A DNA stretch of 63,331 nucleotides, the filler included, from Octopus bimaculoides (Eukaryota): NCBI RefSeq assembly GCF_001194135.2. It is 4 parts of 4 records of this genome, joined end to end, with 100 filler letters (N's around TTAATTAATTAA, not from the genome) between each part and the next. Parts side by side here need not be neighbours in the genome. Positions count along the whole stretch, not along the records: positions 60,009 to 63,331 come from NC_068984.1; 3 more parts are not named here. One strand, 5' to 3'. The notes under the pieces are model-generated. The model was given only the letters and a program-made list of their open reading frames with translations, made no database searches and was not told where the DNA came from. Shown one piece after another: positions 62,826 through 63,331 of the stretch; position 1 is the first letter of the stretch, and the number at the start of each line of letters is the position of its first letter. The translations under genes and the position numbers were made by a program.

Positions 62826-62911
62826 TATAAATAAGGATAAGATCGATATTTAAAATATTGATTTTCTTGATAAAATCAATATTTTAAATATCGATCTTAT
62901 CCTTATTTATA
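62826..62911. repeat. Perfect 40-bp inverted repeat with a 6-nt loop
   Basis: tataaataaggataagatcgatatttaaaatattgatttt - cttgat - exact reverse complement. Confidence 0.97.
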
Positions 62912-62937
62912 TAAATTTATATATATATATGTAATTT

Positions 62938-62992
62938 ATTCTTTTACTTGTTTCAGTCATTTGACTGCAGCCATGCTGGAGCACCGCCTTGG
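62938..62992 (-). mobile_element. SINE family B, 3' end only
   Basis: cttttacttgtttcagtcatttgactgcagccatgctggagcaccgcctt. Confidence 0.85.
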
Positions 62993-63038
62993 TACACATA
63001 TAATATATATATTTATTTATTGATACACCATACACATA

Positions 63039-63130
63039 CGAGGGGAACGCTGAAAAGTTCCTGGCTTTGGATAAAAGAAAATTCAGGGCATTAAGCTAAT
63101 TATGATTTTATTCAACATATTCCCCTCTCT
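63039..63130 (-). mobile_element. Mariner terminal fragment (transposase 3' end and TIR)
   Basis: TA|CGAGGGGAACGCTGAAAAGTTCCTGGCTT. The reverse complement of ttcaacatattcccct encodes RGEYVE*, a typical mariner C-terminus. Confidence 0.65.
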
Positions 63131-63331
63131 AACCACGTTTCTGCAGTAATTCATATGGTTGTATTGACCATTGCAACAAAATGACACCACAACTTCAACC
63201 GTCTAAATTAGAAGCATTAATGTGACAAGCTCAGGTTCCTAATATTAGCAGCCTTTTAACAAGGAATATCAATCCACTTAGTATCAAGATATCACACGCA
63301 CACACACACACACACTCACTATATATATATA

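Noticed and set aside
1-63331. CRISPR arrays, operons, rRNA or prokaryotic defence systems
   Set aside because: No repeat-spacer arrays and no gene-dense coding sequence; the DNA is eukaryotic and repeat-dominated.

Overview
AT-rich, microsatellite-saturated, gapped eukaryotic DNA with about 20 N-gaps. Three of the gaps are artificial 44N-TTAATTAATTAA-44N joins. The SINE families and repeat landscape match what I recall of coleoid cephalopod (Octopus-type) genomes; this is an inference, not a database result. No intact host protein-coding gene is recognisable, and nearly all ORFs in the track are microsatellite or N read-through artefacts. What is visible is a dense fossil record of mobile elements: at least four tRNA-derived SINE families (about 30 copies, some young and with TSDs); fragments of Tx1/L1-, CR1/L2-, RTE- and R4/Dong-type LINEs; two decayed Penelope-like (GIY-YIG) elements; and several Tc1/mariner and hAT derivatives. 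The most unusual structures are two independent fold-back Tc1/mariner derivatives built from inverted copies of the transposase 3' end (about 200-bp stems), a GGATC-TIR transposon with an 8-bp TSD (a second copy abuts (CCCTAA)n), a convergent fusion of two R4/Dong elements, domain-swapped SINEs, a perfect 40-bp hairpin, a compact MEF2/E-box/DR4/Fox motif cluster, and a possible decayed cadherin-like segment.
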